A DNA stretch of 63,955 bases, filler included, from Octopus bimaculoides (Eukaryota): the NCBI RefSeq assembly GCF_001194135.2. It is 7 parts of 7 records of this genome, joined end to end, with 100 filler letters (N's around TTAATTAATTAA, not from the genome) between each part and the next. Parts side by side here need not be neighbours in the genome. Positions count along the whole stretch, not along the records: positions 1 to 25,425 come from NC_068990.1; 6 more parts are not named here. One strand, written 5' to 3'. The translations under genes and the position numbers were made by a program. This document shows positions 1-12,124 of the stretch, in pieces. The notes beneath the pieces were generated by a model, which was not told where the DNA came from, did not search any database, and saw only the letters and a list, made by a program, of their open reading frames with translations. Positions within the stretch are counted from its first letter, which is position 1, and each line of letters starts with the position of its first letter.

Positions 1-47
<47 letters not shown>

Positions 48-452
48 AACACATACTTATACATGTACATAATTAAGCAAAATTCAGAGAAGTGAGACAT
101 GATATGTTTATAGCTACTTCACAATTTATATCTAGTTACATGTGATGCCAAAGCATCCTACACAGACAGATACACATGATGTTGTAACATAATGAAGCGG
201 GTTTATCATCAGAACAGTTTGTGAGCAATTCCTATTCTTGCTATATATATGTGTTATTATGTATGTATGTATGAATATATATAGATATATATGTGTGCGC
301 GTGCGTGTGTGTGTATGTGTATGTGTATATGTATTTGAATATGTATAAATACATACTATATATATTATATAATATAGATGTGTAAATATATATATACATA
401 TAGATAGTTAGACAAACAGACGGACAGACAGACAGACAGATAGACAGACAGG

Positions 453-518
<66 letters not shown>

Positions 519-520
519 TG
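1..520. repeat. Compound microsatellite block: (TA)n, (TG)n, (GACA)n, (GATA)n
   Basis: Directly visible tandem di- and tetranucleotide runs. Confidence 0.95.
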
Positions 521-845
521 ATAAAATGTAGGTAAGTATGCATTTCAGAAATAGTTTATAGTAGCTTAAATACGCTCAATAATTGTTTCATTAGCACTAA
601 ATATCATTTACATCATAATTACGTAATTTATATGCATACCTAATTATTTTAAGTTAATTTTATTTCAATTAACTCAAATCATTGGGAGTATTATAAGTCA
701 TGATAATGAGAAACCGCTACTTCTTTAAATACAAACGTGACGTATGCCGTTTTTGAATTTTCCTAATTTATTATATTCTCGGTGATTTGAGATAGACATC
801 GCTGTAATTTAATTTAATTAGTTAAGTATCTTAAATAATCTCCTA

Positions 846-1030
846 TTCTGGCACAAGGACCACAAATTTGAGGGATGAGGAAGTCGATTACACTGTCTTC
901 AATGCTCAACTGGTACTCATTTTATCGACCCCGAAAGGATGAATGGCAAAATTGACCATGGCGCATTTGAACTCAGAACGTAAAAACTCAGAACATAAAA
1001 ACTGACGATTCTGCCAGCTCACCGCCTTAA
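846..1030 (-). mobile_element. tRNA-derived SINE, family A (internally deleted copy)
   Basis: Shares TCGACCCCGAAAGGATGAA..GGCAAA..GACC..GGCG.ATTTGAACTCAGAACGTAA and GATTCTGCCAGCTC.CCGCCTT with the copies at 9272, 39182, 39365 and 48945. The minus strand carries a B-box-like GAGTTCAAAT. Confidence 0.85.
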
Positions 1031-1508
1031 ATCCGCCTCAACCAAAAAAAGAAATAATAAAAGGTTATAGATGCTGCTTTTGCTTCCCTGACTAAACGCT
1101 GCAGGAAGGAATTATCTTTGAACTGCATTGCTAAATAAAGTGAAAAGCTACACTCGAACAATTCTATTTCGTCCTCCATTAGAACTACTGTTTTATACAT
1201 GGGATCGTATGGTAAAGAGTGAGTAATCTTTGATATGAAGGGTCAGAGTTAGATAAAATACGTATCACTAAATGGCCCCACAATATGATGTTAAGAAGAA
1301 TGATATTGAGACGTTGACACTGAAATCTATTCAATTGTTGATACACGTTTTCAGGAAGAAACTTCATTTTCCCAGCCCAACAAAACATTAATGTTAATCA
1401 CTGAGGGAAGCCATCTGCATAAAAATCAACAGTTAAGCATTAGTGAACATATTCAATGACGAATATTAAATACCTAACGTTAAAATCATCAACATTTCTT
1501 ATTTACTG

Positions 1509-1853
1509 TTTGAGATGTAGATCTTCCGTAAATTGAGCTCAATAAGCTGGAAATACAGGGTACCAAACGCTGCAGTACTAGAAAAGTTGGAAGTTAAAAG
1601 ACACTTATTGTCAAGAGTCAAGTGCACAAAGCTATCAAATTTTGGACATACGATGCGACACGAGTCATTTCTGACAGGACGTGTCGGGAGGAAGAGAACA
1701 GGAGGCCGTCAAGGACGTTTGCAGACTGACGACATCAAAGAATGGGACAGAAAAAGGATCCTGGCTAACTGTATGTACGCAGCACAATGCAGAGAAAACT
1801 TGAGAGTTTTGGCAATCCGACCTCTGGACACACAGAACACACCTGAACAATAG
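1509..1853 (+). mobile_element. RTE-clade LINE, 3' end of the ORF (decayed)
   Basis: Translates FEM*IFRKLSSISWKYRVPNAAVLEKL...KLSNFGHTMRH...GRVGRKRTGGRQGR..TDDIKEW. This matches the RTE C-terminal pattern FEMWxxRRxLxISW...VxNxEVL...LxxFGHxxR...GRxxxRWxDxIKEW. Confidence 0.8.
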
Positions 1854-2392
1854 TGAATTTAAAAATTATAATGAGAAGGGGATGTCAGAAAATTAGCTAC
1901 ATGACTAATAACATTGTAATCATGTCGGTAATTTTTGATATTTATTTAGAAAAAAAAAACGAAAAAGCTTCGCGCATCTGTATTTTGGAGGGTTCCTCTC
2001 TGTAGTTAATGTATGACACAATGTAAAGGTTTCTGCTCTATAGAGTATCGGCTTTAGAACATGGTAATATTCTTTTCTTTTATTATTGCTCGCAAAACAA
2101 TACTCAGCAGATACATACACATATAGAGAGAGAGAGAGAGAGAGTATATATATATATATATTCACACACAAACACATTTACACGTACGTGTGATGTCAAT
2201 ATGTTTTACTTTCTCATATAAGGGAGTGGCTATTTATTGTTTTTTCGATGAGATATGAAGGCTGGGATTTTTGATAGGAGTCTCAAAGAATGTAGTGACA
2301 TTCATCTTTTACCCAAATGCATACACACAAACACATATATATACACACATATATATATCTTAGAAAGATTTTAGAACTAGTATTTTTGCTTG

Positions 2393-2444
<52 letters not shown>

Positions 2445-2843
2445 TATATGTGTATGTATATGTGTATATATATATATATGCATATAAACACATACACAGA
2501 CTAAGACACACACAATACATATATGTATATGTGTGTATGGAGTGTATGTATATGTGTGTCGGTGTGTATGTAGTCATATATGTGTGTGTATACATACATA
2601 CATACATACATATAGGGGGAAAATAAGTTCAAAAGAGAACAATTCAAACTTTTTGAGAGGTCCAAAAAGAGAGAAAGAATGATTTCTAATAAAGATTCAT
2701 CATTTTCATTAAAAAAAACAGCCAGAGCAAGTAATAAGAATATGAAAATAGTAGTTGAAAAATATCGATATAGGTATAAATATGCCATAAACAATTATAG
2801 AAAAATGGAGGAGATAAAGATGTTGAATCAAAATTACATGTAA

Positions 2844-2972
2844 TACAAAATAGGATTCAATACATACGCGCGTTTCAAATGACAATACAAATATACAAGA
2901 AAAAATTATAACCATAGTAATTATAATTAAATTTATGCATTGTCATTTTCATCAGTATGAGGAATTTTTGTA
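2844..2972 (-). ncRNA. Type I hammerhead ribozyme fold (left arm of the palindrome)
   Basis: Minus strand: TACAAAA-ATTC-CTC-ATA / CTGATGA / stem II AAATGACAAT...ATTGTCATTT / GAAA / CGCGCG / TA / TGT-ATT-GAAT-CCTA-TTTTGTA. Core, GUA triplet, palindromic stem III (ACGCGCGT) and an interrupted stem I are all present. Confidence 0.7.
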
Positions 2973-3596
2973 AGGACATCAAAAAAGGTTTACTAAAATA
3001 AAGTAAATAAAAATAAGATACAATAAAGGAGAATACAAATGGGATATTTACAAGCAAGTTATAAAAAGGGAATAACAGTGATAATAATAGTAAGAGACGA
3101 AAGAGAAAAAAGACAGACATATCAATGTGTATGCACGTTTATATGTGCGGTAAACTATAACATAAAAATAAGAATGAAAGGCTAACGAGTATGTTTAAAA
3201 AATGGTAAAGTATAATAAATAGGGCCACATGTGTATAGTAGAATATAACGTAACAGGTGGACTAGTAAAAAACCATAGAGAGTTATACATATACATATTA
3301 ATATTGAAAAAATGAAAAAAATATATATATATTTTACACGAGGCTAAAAAGTGATAGGCAAGACTATGTTTCAAACATAGTCTTGCTTATCACTTTTTAG
3401 CCTCGTGTAAAATATATATATATTCGTTTTTTCAATGTTCTCTTTCGTCTCTCTTACTATTATTATCATTGTTATTTTTTCTCGTTTTACAACTTGCTTG
3501 TAAATATCCGATTTTTCCCTATTACCCCATTTGTATTCTTCCTTATTGTATCTTATTTTAATTTACTTTATTTTATTAAACCTTTTTTGATGTCCT

Positions 3597-3726
3597 TACA
3601 AAAATTCCTCACACTGATGAAAATGACAATGCATAAATTTAATTATAATTACTATGGTTATAATTTTTTTCTTGCATATTTGTATTGTCCTTTGAAACGC
3701 GCGTATGTATTGAATCCTATTTTGTA
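3597..3726 (+). ncRNA. Type I hammerhead ribozyme fold (right arm of the palindrome)
   Basis: CTGATGA 3614-3620, long stem II (AAATGACAAT/ATTGTCCTTT, one mismatch), GAAA 3694-3697, CGCGCG, TA 3704-3705. Stem I: ACA/TGT, ATTC/GAAT, TACAAAA/TTTTGTA. Confidence 0.7.
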
Positions 3727-5031
3727 TTAAATCTAATTTTGATTCAACATCTTTATCTCCTCCATTTTCTATAATTGTTTATGGTATATTTATACCTATA
3801 ACGATATTTTTCAATATATATATAAACATATCTATGCATGTATACATATATAGTACACACGAAAACACAATCCGTCTGCGTTTGTTGGTATTTGCTGCTA
3901 TTGTTATTGTTTGTTTCAAAGTTATCTCTGATTAAGCAGACAATATAGTCTGAGGCACTCTAGCCATAACCATCCCATCATACATTCGTTCACAGTGCAT
4001 CTCAAGCCACAATGGACATTTTTACAAAAGATACAATGTTTCACTAGCATATGATTCGGTTGCTATTCCTAGAAGGTCGAGAGATCACATAGAGGCTTCC
4101 TCGTTGGCTCCACATAAATGTGTGCGTGTTCATTTGTGTGTGTATGTTTGTGTGTGTTTTTGTCGTTCCATGTGTGATATGTAACTGTATTTGTATGACT
4201 GTCTGTATGTATGTGTATGCATGCAAGATGTAAGCGTGTGTTTGTGTGCGTGTGTATATATGTATGTGCCTGTGTTTACAACAGTACGTATCTCACGAGT
4301 AAGACCTTTAAAATTAATAATGAATATACAATGTATGGGCAATACACATGTATATACATACATACATGTGCGTTTGTATGTGTGTGTGAGAGTATGTATG
4401 TGTGTCAGTGTGTGTGTGTGTAAAACCCTCTTTATACACACGTCTTCTATTGGCATGTTGTCTGTATCAGTGTTGTACAAGAACAATGAAATCACATTAA
4501 CAGTTTAATTGAAAATTCTAAGCATGACTACTGAAGTGTCGCTTTGTAAATGATGGAGTGCTTGCGAGTTTTTACACTCAGAGGTATTAATTTGATTTTA
4601 TATCCTTGAAAAGAATTTTATGACCAATTTTTCACTGGCGAAAGCGTCGTGATAAAATAGTCACAGCGTCTGAGAAAGGAAGCATACATATAGAAGACTG
4701 TGAACGCTCCATTGTGAAAAGAATATTTGAAAGATTTTGTGATTTGTTGAATTATTATGAAGAATAAGCGGGAAGAAGATAATAAGTACAGAGAATAATA
4801 GATTATATAAAGGCAGACAGTTAACAATGTATTGTCAGCAAATATGTAACAAAGCTAGAAATGTGACAGATGTGTGTGTGTTGTGTGTTGTGTGTTGTGT
4901 GTGTGTGTGTGTACGCACGAGTCTGTGCGCATACGCGGTGCGTGTATGTGTAAGAAGGCAAAGAAGATGATACGGGAGGGATAAGTTTTAACAAATGTTG
5001 TGTTAGTCTGACGCTTAAAAAGACGGGGTAA

Positions 5032-5069
5032 TTCTTAACGTTTCGGACGTAAGACCTTCACTAGAAGAA
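5032..5069 (-). ncRNA. Degenerate minimal hammerhead-like motif (Penelope pLTR type)
   Basis: Minus strand TTCTT-CTAGTGA-AGGTCTTACGTCC-GAAA-CG-TT-AAGAA. Stem I and palindromic ACGT are present, but the core reads CTAGTGA rather than CTGANGA. Confidence 0.4.
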
Positions 5070-5327
5070 AAGTATAGAAGTGTGAAGGAGGAAAATGTTT
5101 GATAAGAAAACGTATACGGAGTAAGGTGCCAGGTGTGGGTATTCTTCAAATGTGCGCAGACTTGAAAATTCCTATGCATTCTATCTTGTCTGATTGTATG
5201 CTGAGATAGTGGTTGAGTGACTGAAATACTTTGGTAAGTTACTCAACATGGACTTATCGTCCTAGAGCTACACGCGCTCAGTAATAAGATACATGATATT
5301 CTGCAGAATAGATAAGAATTAGTCTTT

Positions 5328-5370
<43 letters not shown>

Positions 5371-5420
5371 TCTGTGCCTGTGTCTGTGTGTCTCTGTGCC
5401 TATGTGTGTACATACATACA

Positions 5421-5454
<34 letters not shown>

Positions 5455-6373
5455 CATACATACACATGTAGCGTGTATGTATGAATACAGTTATATTTTA
5501 AACCACCCAATTGAAGGCTAATTCATTTTAGTGTCCTTTTCCTTGTTTGTTTTTTTTTTCTTTTTTCTTATTTTTTCCGTAGAGACAATTGTTCCAGTCA
5601 GAGACTTTAGACAATTATAATAATTGTATGTAAGAGACTATGTGACATGTAAGAGACTAGGATTCATAATCATGCATATTCACACATATATCCAGATAGT
5701 TCGCAAAAGTTTTTTGTTTGATTTTTTTTTTTGGGGGGGGGGGTGCCCATTGTGAGTGGACGGCAAACGGCCTACAAACCCAAAAGCTGTAAGTTCATCT
5801 AAGGTGCAAATATAAAATCATCACACGAGATGTTGAAACGACTGGAAGATAGCGAACTTTTTCACATCGACCGTAGGGAGCAACGTAGCTAGCATGACTT
5901 TATAAAAAGCTTACTGTAGAATCAGTATCGGCAAAAATAATCTTTATCAGTAAATTTCTAAGGAGAGCGCTGATGTAAAACTTTTTAACTGAATTAATGG
6001 TAATTAATGGTAAATAGGTGTGTGTACTTAAGATTCAAGTTGATTAATCAAACCTGTTTCATTGTTTTATGATATATTTCCATCCCGATTAATTTCTAAT
6101 CTTATCAGTTCCGTTACGATACAATGGGTTGAGCTATCTTATTACGTACTTGAAACGTAAGACTCTGAGGTTTTTCTGTCATTTAGCAATGTCAGTCACC
6201 TTCATTTGTGTTTTAATTACTTTCAAAAATAGCGTATCGCTCACGTAACTCTATTTTATATCATAATGGTCCGTTTGGCGGCGCATGTTTTAGGAACGTA
6301 TCTAGGAACCGATGTAGTAGATCGTGTGTGTATGTATGCATGTTCGTGCGTGCGTGCGTGCGTGCGCGCGCGC

Positions 6374-6439
<66 letters not shown>

Positions 6440-6599
6440 GTCCGTCCGCGTGTGTGCGCACGCGCGTTGTTTTGGAAACACGACAGTGCCCTAGTTTTGT
6501 CTTTTTGATAGGCAGGGATAATGTGTTTGGTGCAGACATTCCCACTTGAATTTGAATTTTGACCGTTAGATTTATTACGTCATCAATTAGGTGTTTATT

Positions 6600-7475
6600 T
6601 TTTCTTGTGATGAGTGTATATTGTCTGTTTTTATTTAAATATTTTGCCGGATTTTAGAATTATTTCTTCCATTATTAATTGTCTATTTTTGTGGGGAATT
6701 CTGTACATTATAGATGGCCAATTAATTAACATTTTCTATCTAGTTTTGCGTTGTGTTATGGTGTTGCGAATTAAGTTGTTCCTTGATGTAAGTGCATGGT
6801 GATGTGGCAGAAAAATGTAGTACTTAACCAGTCGATACATCAGTTGGAGTCGTGAAGTTTATAACTTTCGTGCCTACAATCAAATTTATAGATGACATAC
6901 GATCACGGTTTTATATAATTCTAGCTTGTTTTCGATAAGGAGAATTTTATTTTAGCGTTTTATAGTATATTATTAGTACTACATTATGGCTTGATGTAAT
7001 GCATTTATTCCGTTTTATGAGGCTTTTGATGATGGGTTCCTTTATACGATGGTGAGTATGAATTTTATTCATATAGTACACTTTATTTGTGGCTTCTTTA
7101 TTTTTAATACACTTGTGTCTGATGTGTTGGTTGCATTGCATTGGTGCTTGTACAGTTCTATGACTTGAATAGTATATTCGTTGTTGAAGAGTGTTATATA
7201 TTATTATGTGAATTTCATTATCAAATATTCCGTATGAGGAAGAGAATCTAGGCATTATATCACCTACATTTTCTATGTCTGTTTGAATATGTGCATTTAT
7301 TTGTGACTTTAGTAAAAACCATACGTGATGAATCTGTTAGTATCTTTCTGGATGTTTATTTCCATAAATTTAGTCACTATATTGCTAAAAGTTTTATTAC
7401 TACAATTCTGGATGTTTGATTTTAAATCGGAATTGTTCTCTAAGTCTTCCATTAATTTCTCGGCGGTTATGTTAC
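6600..7475 (-). mobile_element. Highly decayed Penelope-like element (end of RT, thumb, GIY-YIG)
   Basis: Hand translation with stops and frameshifts gives YVIYKFDCRHE..KLHDSN / CIDWLSTTFFCHITMHLHQG, resembling VxYKFxC...YIGxTTTxLSRRxTMHLxxG. RQLIMEEIILK follows downstream. Confidence 0.5.
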
Positions 7476-8008
7476 TAATATGCATATGAATTCATGCACA
7501 CATATGTATGTTTATGAGTACATATATANNNNNNNNNNNNNNNNNNNNNNNNNNNNNNNNNNNNNNNNNNNNNNNNNNNNNNNNNNNNNNNNNNNNNNNN
7601 NNNNNNNNNNNNNNNNNNNNNNNNNNNNNNNNNNNNNNNNNNNNNNNNNNNNNNNNNNNNNNNNNNNNNNNNNNNNNNNNNNNNNNNNNNNNNNNNNNNN
7701 NNNNNNNNNNNNNNNNNNNNNNNNNNNNNNNNNNNNNNNNNNNNNNNNNNNNNNNNNNNNNNNNNNNNNNNNNNNNNNNNNNNNNNNNNNNNNNNNNNNN
7801 NNNNNNNNNNNNNNNNNNNNNNNNNNNNNNNNNNNNNNNNNNNNNNNNNNNNNNNNNNNNNNNNNNNNNNNNNNNNNNNNNNNNNNNNNNNNNNNNNNNN
7901 NNNNNNNNNNNNNNNNNNNNNNNNNNNNNNNNNNNNNNNNNNNNNNNNNNNNNNNNNNNNNNNNNNNNNNNNNNNNNNNNNNNNNNNNNNNNNNNNNNNN
8001 NNNNNNNN

Positions 8009-8081
<73 letters not shown>

Positions 8082-8179
8082 GAGATATTCTCCGTATAGA
8101 ATACACTTCGTAGTGCTCAAGAGATTTGAACTTGAGCAGGTAGAGGACTAAGTATAGGGATAGCGCAAGTTAGGCAAGT

Positions 8180-9240
8180 CGATATGCAAAAAATATTAAA
8201 TACATTTAATTTTAAAAATGTACATAGGCTTACATATAAAAAGGTTCGATTCACACAGTATAGAAATGATATCAGGAATTTAAGGGGGTGGATAACAATT
8301 TTACGAGTCTAACAGTTGCTTCTGAGGGCTTGGTGGTCCAAAATAATGATTGTAAATTAATTCCATCATCGGATAATACCAGCCTCTGTCTTCAGGGGAC
8401 AATTTTATATTTAAGATGTTGACAGAAAGGAGAATAAAGATGGAATGATTTTGTGGAGATCTAAGTGTATTAGAAGGAGGAGTTGAGAGGTATTTAGATA
8501 GGGAGTAGTGAGAGGAGAAAATAAATTTCAGGGTTAGCGGTTATCAATGAGGCTAGTGATAGTAGTAGAGGTGGAAGGTGAGAGGACAATGGAAGGGTGG
8601 TTTAGGTAGTATGTGAATGGTAACCTTTGTTTTAGTTTGTATGCATGCTATAGAGTTAACGATTGATGTAATGAAAACAGGAATGGCCATTATTTGAGGA
8701 AATAAGTCGACTGGTTCAGCGGATGAGGGAGATTATTAAGGTATGTAGAAAGAAATGAGAAGAGAAGAAGAGGGGATAGAGTGGAGGTGAGTAGGTAGTC
8801 AAAATAGTTAGTAGTTAGTGGGACAAAGGAATTGGGTTAGTACTGGAGAGGGTGTTATGGTATGGAGAGGTGTATGAAATTGAATAGAGGGATGTGAATA
8901 GCAAGGGGGTAGAGGTAGATTGGTTAGCTTCAAAGGAGTGGGGTAGTGTTAAGTATTTTTACAAGTGGGGAGGGTGGGGAGGCTAAGAGGAAAGTGGGAA
9001 GTGGTGGATTTGAAAAATTTGGAAGAAACAGGAAATGTATATATGAGAAAGAATAAGAGTGGAGGTAGTAATTTTTTTAAATAGTAGGTTGCTAGGCTTA
9101 CTTTGACTTAGTTTAAGGTTATTTGGGGTATGGATACTTAAAGTTATTGGATTACATAGATTTAGCAAAATGCGTGAAAGATAAGTAGTACCTATGTTTA
9201 AAAGAATAAATAACATCAGAGAATCTATTAAGTAATGAGG
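8180..9240 (-). mobile_element. Purine-rich decayed repeat, possibly the N-terminal region of a Penelope-like ORF
   Basis: Strong strand asymmetry. Minus-strand fragments KHRYYLS.. and NIKLSPE..VLSdGINL resemble Penelope pre-RT motifs only loosely. Confidence 0.3.
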
Positions 9241-9271
9241 AGTTATGAAGGCGAAGATTGCGTGCTAACGT

Positions 9272-9505
9272 TTATTTTTTTATTGCCTACAAGAGATTAA
9301 ACATAAAGGGGACAAACAAGGAAAGACAAAGGGATTAAGTCAATTATATCGACCCCAGTCCGTAGCTGGTACTTATTTAATCGACCCCGAAAGGATGAAA
9401 GGCAAAGTCGACCTCGGCGGAATTTGAACTCAGAACGTAACGGCAGACGAAATACCGCTATGCATTTCGCCCGGCGTGTTAACGTTTTTGTCAGCTCGCC
9501 GCCTT
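9272..9505 (-). mobile_element. tRNA-derived SINE, family A, near full length
   Basis: Minus strand begins AAGGCGGCGAGCTGACAAAAACGTTAACACGCCGGGCGAAATGCATAGCGG...GTTCTGAGTTCAAATTCCGCCG (A/B-box-like), followed by the conserved body and an A-rich tail. Confidence 0.9.
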
Positions 9506-10015
9506 TAATAGATACATAATGTGGTAAAACTCTAAAGTTATTGATGATGACGTGAACACTGTTTTTCCAGTGATGTTTTACCCATTTTTGTCACGTGATC
9601 CACATTTTGTAATTGAACTTTGAAAAAAATATTTGATTGGGACTGACTGATTCGTAAGTTTAAATTAGTATACTAATAGCGGTATTTATAATAATTCAGT
9701 GAATTACTAACTAAATTTAGTATTATATTATATATAACTGTCTAATATAAGATTAATATATACAAATACTTTTGAATAAAAAGTTAATTAAAGGCTTTTT
9801 TTCAAATGACTTCAGTAAATTTCTATTATAATAATATAATTATATTATGATAATATGTATTGTTTTTAATTTTGCTTGCATTTTTAGTATGGGTGATTAT
9901 AAATAATGAATGCAGTGTAATTTATAATATTATTTAGTACTGGCCTAGTGACGATATTGCATTTACATATTTATTTTTACTATTTAGAATATATATATTA
10001 GTGATACAGTACAGT

Positions 10016-10048
<33 letters not shown>

Positions 10049-10932
10049 NNNNNNNNNNNNNNNNNNNNNNNNNNNNNNNNNNNNNNNNNNNNNNNNNNNN
10101 NNNNNNNNNNNNNNNNNNNNNNNNNNNNNNNNNNNNNNNNNNNNNNNNNNNNNNNNNNNNNNNNNNNNNNNNNNNNNNNNNNNNNNNNNNNNNNNNNNNN
10201 NNNNNNNNNNNNNNNNNNNNNNNNNNNNNNNNNNNNNNNNNNNNNNNNNNNNNNNNNNNNNNNNNNNNNNNNNNNNNNNNNNNNNNNNNNNNNNNNNNNN
10301 NNNNNNNNNNNNNNNNNNNNNNNNNNNNNNNNNNNNNNNNNNNNNNNNNNNNNNNNNNNNNNNNNNNNNNNNNNNNNNNNNNNNNNNNNNNNNNNNNNNN
10401 NNNNNNNNNNNNNNNNNNNNNNNNNNNNNNNNNNNNNNNNNNNNNNNNNNNNNNNNNNNNNNNNNNNNNNNNNNNNNNNNNNNNNNNNNNNNNNNNNNNN
10501 NNNNNNNNNNNNNNNNNNNNNNNNNNNNNNNNNNNNNNNNNNNNNNNNNNNNNNNNNNNNNNNNNNNNNNNNNNNNNNNNNNNNNNNNNNNNNNNNNNNN
10601 NNNNNNNNNNNNNNNNNNNNNNNNNNNNNNNNNNNNNNNNNNNNNNNNNNNNNNNNNNNNNNNNNNNNNNNNNNNNNNNNNNNNNNNNNNNNNNNNNNNN
10701 NNNNNNNNNNNNNNNNNNNNNNNNNNNNNNNNNNNNNNNNNNNNNNNNNNNNNNNNNNNNNNNNNNNNNNNNNNNNNNNNNNNNNNNNNNNNNNNNNNNN
10801 NNNNNNNNNNNNNNNNNNTATTTGAGGACAGATTTATGCTTATAATAAATAAAACAGATATATAATAAAAGATAACTTTATTTATAAGAAAATGCAATGA
10901 GAATAAAAAATAAACCCTTTTTTTCTATAATT

Positions 10933-11709
10933 TTATTCAATAAAGTCATCTTCAGCTTCAACAACTGCTTCTATATGAGATCTAAATCATCTACATGCTT
11001 GAATCAAGTGGTCCTGGTTCCTTTTGGACATTACTCTGAGTATGACAGCTTTCATAGAATCATTGGTGTTATGGGCGTGTTTATTGACCTCTCTTTCAAC
11101 AACTCTCCACATATAATAGTCCAATGGATTGAGATCTGGGGAATTAGGAGGCCAAATGTTAGTGGTTATGTGATCATGAAAATTTTCAGCCATCCATTCT
11201 TGTGTTACTAGAGCCATGTGTGATAGTGTAGAGTCTTACTGAAACACATATGGCCTCGCATTACATACACTGTCTATCCAGGGCTGAACAATTATTTCCA
11301 GGACCTCAATGTAGGTGACAGAGTTGACTCAAAGTCCTTGTGGACAGAGGTAAGGTGGCATCGCATGTCCTTCATTGCAGACAATCCCTAAAACCATGAC
11401 AGTTGCAGGAAATTTTGTATGCATAACACTTGGAACTTCAAAAGTGTCTGCACATGACCATCTGTCATTTCTTTTGTTAACATTTTGATCTTGGTCGAAG
11501 TTTTTCTCGTTTGCGAAAAATCAAATCAAATCTTCTGCTGGATTTTTCAGTTTGTTTAAGGATCTTTCAGATCTGATGCAGTGATTTTCTTTCGCTTTTT
11601 CGGGCAAATTGACCTTTCCTCATCATATAAGACTTATGTCTGATGTCTTCGTGGACAACATTTGTGGCTGTTCCTTCTGACACATGGAGGTCTTTTGCAA
11701 TTGACCTCA
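10933..11709 (-). mobile_element. Tc1/mariner DD37D (maT-type) transposase pseudogene
   Basis: PYVFQ*DSTLSHMALVTQEWMAENFHDHITTNIWPPNSPDLNPLDYY has 37 residues between the 2nd and 3rd D. Upstream RSIAKDLHVSEGT..VVHEDIRHKSY is an HTH-like segment; the frame ends EDDFIE*. Confidence 0.9.
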
Positions 11710-12059
11710 NNNNNNNNNNNNNNNNNNNNNNNNNNNNNNNNNNNNNNNNNNNNNNNNNNNNNNNNNNNNNNNNNNNNNNNNNNNNNNNNNNNNNNNNNNN
11801 NNNNNNNNNNNNNNNNNNNNNNNNNNNNNNNNNNNNNNNNNNNNNNNNNNNNNNNNNNNNNNNNNNNNNNNNNNNNNNNNNNNNNNNNNNNNNNNNNNNN
11901 NNNNNNNNNNNNNNNNNNNNNNNNNNNNNNNNNNNNNNNNNNNNNNNNNNNNNNNNNNNNNNNNNNNNNNNNNNNNNNNNNNNNNNNNNNNNNNNNNNNN
12001 NNNNNNNNNNNNNNNNNNNNNNNNNNNNNNNNNNNNNNNNNNNNNNNNNNNNNNNNNNN

Positions 12060-12119
<60 letters not shown>

Positions 12120-12124
12120 CTGTA

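Larger units (their letters stand above)
2755..3814. repeat. ~1.06 kb imperfect palindrome (foldback) with a near-perfect central hairpin centred on 3372
   Basis: 2755-~3108 is the reverse complement of ~3438-3814; ORFs 2875..3120(-) and 3494..3730(+) share KPFLMSLQKFL.LMKMTMHKFNYNYYGYNFFL. 3299-3371 mirrors 3373-3437 around a single C. About 190 bp (3109-3298) occur only in the left arm. Confidence 0.95.
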
